From the NCBI RefSeq assembly GCF_045037415.1, contig NZ_CP173438.1: a stretch of 64,000 nt of DNA; one strand, given 5' to 3'. The notes beneath the pieces are model-generated. The model ran no database searches, was not told where the DNA came from, and saw only the letters and a program-made list of their open reading frames with translations. Below are positions 61,771-64,000 of this stretch, piece after piece (within the stretch, counting starts at the first letter, position 1; every line of letters begins with the position of its first letter). Made by a program: the position numbers and the translations under genes. This stretch comes from Escherichia coli. Its GTDB lineage: Bacteria; Pseudomonadota; Gammaproteobacteria; Enterobacterales; Enterobacteriaceae.

Positions 61771-61968
61771 ATGATGCGTAAAGCGCTTCGCGCTAAATTC
61801 GAACAACATGCAGAACTGCGTACACTCTTGCTGGCAACCGCGTCCGCAAAACTGGTTGAGCATACGCAAAATGATGCTTACTGGGGAGATGGCGGTAATG
61901 GTCAGGGCAAGAATCGCCTGGGGTACCTTTTAATGGCGTTGCGCGGACAATTGGCTGCGGAGAAGTAA
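61771..61968 (+). pseudogene. ybiA: ybiA (NADAR/DUF1768 N-glycosidase) C-terminal remnant; N-terminal ~95 codons absent
   Basis: Frame encodes MMRKALRAKFEQHAELRTLLLATASAKLVEHTQNDAYWGDGGNGQGKNRLGYLLMALRGQLAAEK, which looks like the C-terminal third of a NADAR domain; no N-terminal NADAR sequence in any frame between dinG and this point; the 101-aa ORF from 61663 would span the dinG start and LexA box; could alternatively be annotated as a short CDS. Confidence 0.6.
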
Positions 61969-62051
61969 CGCATCGGGTGGCTTGTGGGCGTTAAAACAGA
62001 GAAATCTTTTTGCCGCGCTCGCAAATGGCTGACAAGTGCTTGTTGTGAAAT

Positions 62052-62150
62052 GCCGGATGCGGCGCGAGCGCCTTATCCGGCCTACAAAAACATGCACATT
62101 CAATATATTGCAGAGTTCACGTAGGCCTGATAAGCGTAGCGTATCAGGCA
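62052..62150. repeat. Composite REP/BIME-type extragenic repeat (second copy)
   Basis: GCCGGATGCGGCGCGAGCGCCTTATCCGGCCTAC ... ATTCAATATATTG ... AGGCCTGATAAGCGTAGCGTATCAGGCA; same architecture and orientation as the 37257-37355 copy. Confidence 0.8.
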
Positions 62151-62173
62151 GTTTTGTGTTTGTCATCAGTCTC

Positions 62174-62194
62174 ATGCCGGGCATAGCCCGGCAT
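62174..62194 (-). terminator. Stem-loop downstream of rhlE (probable terminator)
   Basis: ATGCCGGGCATAGCCCGGCAT palindrome 7 bp past the rhlE stop. Confidence 0.45.
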
Positions 62195-62200
62195 AAAAGA

Positions 62201-63562
62201 TTACTGCGCAGCGGCAGGTTTACGCGGACGGCGGCGACGTTGTTGTTCGCCTGCCGGTTTGGCATCGCCGAGACGACGAGACGGTTTTTCTGCGGGCTTC
62301 GCGTTACCAGACTTCGCACCACTTTCCGCACGGCGTGGTTGCTGTTGACCGCGACCACCGCCCTGTCCACGACCGCCGCCACGTTGCTGGCGACCGTTTT
62401 GGATCGGTTCGGCTTTGATTGACGGGTCCGGCTCATAGCCCAGAATCGCAATGCGCGGGATCTCTTTTTTCAGCAGTTTTTCGATATCACGCAGCAGTTT
62501 GTGTTCATCAACACACACCAGCGACAATGCTTCGCCAGTTGCCGCCGCACGGCCAGTACGCCCGATACGGTGAACATAATCTTCCGGTACGTTTGGTAAC
62601 TCATAGTTGACGACGTGCGGCAACTCTTCGATATCCAGACCACGCGCAGCGATGTCAGTTGCCACCAGTACACGAATATCGCCCGATTTAAAATCGGCCA
62701 GCGCACGAGTACGCGCACCTTGCGATTTATTACCGTGGATCGCCGCACTACGGATGCCATCTTTATTAAGCTGTTCAGCCAGATGGTTAGCGCCATGTTT
62801 GGTACGGGTAAACACCAGCACCTGCTGCCAGTTCCCTTTCCCAATCATATGCGACAGCAATTCGCGTTTGCGTTTCTTATCGACAAAGTGAACGTGCTGG
62901 GTCACCTGATCAGACGCAGTATTGCGGCGTGCCACTTCGATTTCCAGCGGGTTGTGCAACAGTTTTTCCGCCAGGGCTTTAATATCGTCAGAGAAGGTCG
63001 CGGAGAACAACAGGTTCTGGCGCTTCGCTGGCAGTTTTGTTAACACGCGACGGATATCGTGGATAAAGCCCATGTCGAGCATGCGGTCAGCTTCATCAAG
63101 GACGAGGATTTCAACCTGATCCAGCTTCACTGCATTTTGATGTTCCAGGTCCAGCAGACGTCCCGGCGTTGCCACCAGCACATCAACGCCGCCGCGCAGC
63201 TTCATCATCTGCGGGTTAATGCTGACACCGCCAAACACCACCAGCGAACGAATGTTCAGGTATTTGCTGTAATCACGGACGTTTTCGCCAATCTGCGCCG
63301 CCAGTTCACGGGTCGGGGTAAGAATGAGCGCACGCACCGGACGACGCCCTTTGGCGTGCGGCTGGCGAGTGATCAGGTGTTGCAACAGCGGCAGCGTAAA
63401 GCCCGCTGTTTTACCTGTACCGGTCTGGGCGCTGGCCATCAGGTCGCGGCCTTCCAGCACCGCAGGGATCGCCTGCTGCTGAATAGGGGTGGGTTCACGG
63501 TAACCCTGCTCGGCAACGGCGCGCAGGATATCAGGGCTTAAACCCAAAGAATCGAAAGACAT
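62201..63562 (-). CDS. rhlE: ATP-dependent RNA helicase RhlE (DEAD-box)
   Basis: ORF track 453 aa; Q-motif PTPIQ, Walker [24 protein letters not shown]; Arg/Gly-rich basic C-terminal tail. Confidence 0.96.
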   Translation of the reverse strand: MSFDSLGLSPDILRAVAEQGYREPTPIQQQAIPAVLEGRDLMASAQTGTGKTAGFTLPLLQHLITRQPHAKGRRPVRALILTPTRELAAQIGENVRDYSKYLNIRSLVVFGGVSINPQMMKLRGGVDVLVATPGRLLDLEHQNAVKLDQVEILVLDEADRMLDMGFIHDIRRVLTKLPAKRQNLLFSATFSDDIKALAEKLLHNPLEIEVARRNTASDQVTQHVHFVDKKRKRELLSHMIGKGNWQQVLVFTRTKHGANHLAEQLNKDGIRSAAIHGNKSQGARTRALADFKSGDIRVLVATDIAARGLDIEELPHVVNYELPNVPEDYVHRIGRTGRAAATGEALSLVCVDEHKLLRDIEKLLKKEIPRIAILGYEPDPSIKAEPIQNGRQQRGGGRGQGGGRGQQQPRRAESGAKSGNAKPAEKPSRRLGDAKPAGEQQRRRRPRKPAAAQ

Positions 63563-63754
63563 AACTACTCCGAACCGCCCCGACCGTTACCGGTGTAGTT
63601 TTCAGGGAGATACTGAAAAGGAAAATGACAAAAACCACAATGTCATGAGGGAGCGGAGTGTAGCAGTTTTTGTGACGCAGCGCATAAATTATCCCTGTGA
63701 CTGGCGTAGCTAAAATTCTTAGCCATACTGGACAACTCCCCTATGGAGTCATAA

Positions 63755-63778
63755 TCTTAATCAATCATTTGATTAAGA
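63755..63778. promoter_or_regulatory. Candidate TetR-type operator (perfect 10 bp inverted repeat) in the rhlE-cecR divergent region
   Basis: TCTTAATCAA-TCAT-TTGATTAAGA, 13 bp upstream of the cecR ATG. Confidence 0.45.
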
Positions 63779-63790
63779 ATGGACTGTGCG

Positions 63791-64000
63791 ATGAATAATC
63801 CTGCCATGACAATCAAGGGTGAACAGGCGAAAAAACAGCTGATTGCTGCGGCACTGGCACAGTTTGGTGAATATGGAATGAACGCCACCACCCGCGAGAT
63901 AGCCGCCCAGGCCGGGCAGAATATCGCTGCCATCACCTACTACTTCGGTTCGAAAGAAGATTTGTACCTCGCCTGCGCCCAGTGGATTGCTGATTTTATT
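63791..64000 (+). CDS. cecR: TetR-family regulator CecR (YbiH), N-terminal part (continues beyond window end)
   Basis: ATG at 63791; [61 protein letters not shown]... is a TetR HTH domain; divergent from rhlE. Confidence 0.85.

Noticed and set aside
61663-61968. 101-aa ORF beginning MRKPEILYKQ... as a full gene
   Set aside because: Its ATG overlaps the dinG start codon and the ORF runs through the dinG LexA operator. Only the C-terminal ~65 codons look like NADAR, so it is interpreted as a truncated ybiA remnant.
63500-63562. Arg/Gly-rich tail of RhlE and the KKKEKTKSPRRRRR tail of DinG as possible fused foreign segments
   Set aside because: Both are in frame and contiguous with the helicase cores and are characteristic basic C-terminal extensions of these helicases.

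Overview
This 64 kb window is a conserved Escherichia coli core-chromosome segment, and I found no evidence of a novel or horizontally acquired system in it. It is collinear with the K-12 potH-to-cecR (ybiH) interval but in reverse orientation. Every identification rests on recognising the six-frame ORF translations and sequence motifs from memory; no database search was run. Gene order is potH(partial)-potG-potF-ybjN-rimK-nfsA-ybjC / grxA / ybjM / ybjL / rybB / rcdA / ybjJ-ybjI-ybjH / mdfA / ybjG-deoR / dacC / gstB / yliI-bssR / rimO / dgcI-pdeI / gsiDCBA-iaaA / moeAB / fsaA / ybiY-ybiW / ybiV / ybiT / ldtB / ybiR-mntR / mntS / opgE / ompX / rhtA / dps / glnHPQ / ybiO / rlmF / mcbA / fiu-ybiX / ybiI / ybiJ / ybiC-ybiB-dinG / ybiA remnant / rhlE / cecR(partial). 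That is about 59 protein genes, one sRNA (RybB) and one small-protein gene (mntS) missed by the ORF track. There are no IS elements, prophage genes, integrases, CRISPR arrays, tRNA/rRNA genes or intergenic gaps large enough to hide a cassette. The two most notable features are structural differences from the K-12 layout as I recall it: ybiU is absent between ybiV and ybiT, and ybiA survives only as a C-terminal remnant next to an intact dinG LexA box. Other observations are two copies of a composite REP/BIME repeat, recognisable operators (MntR, Fur, LexA, NtrC/sigma-54, a candidate CecR palindrome), and several non-ATG starts and short gene overlaps. Coordinates of short motifs are hand-counted and may be off by 1-2 bp.
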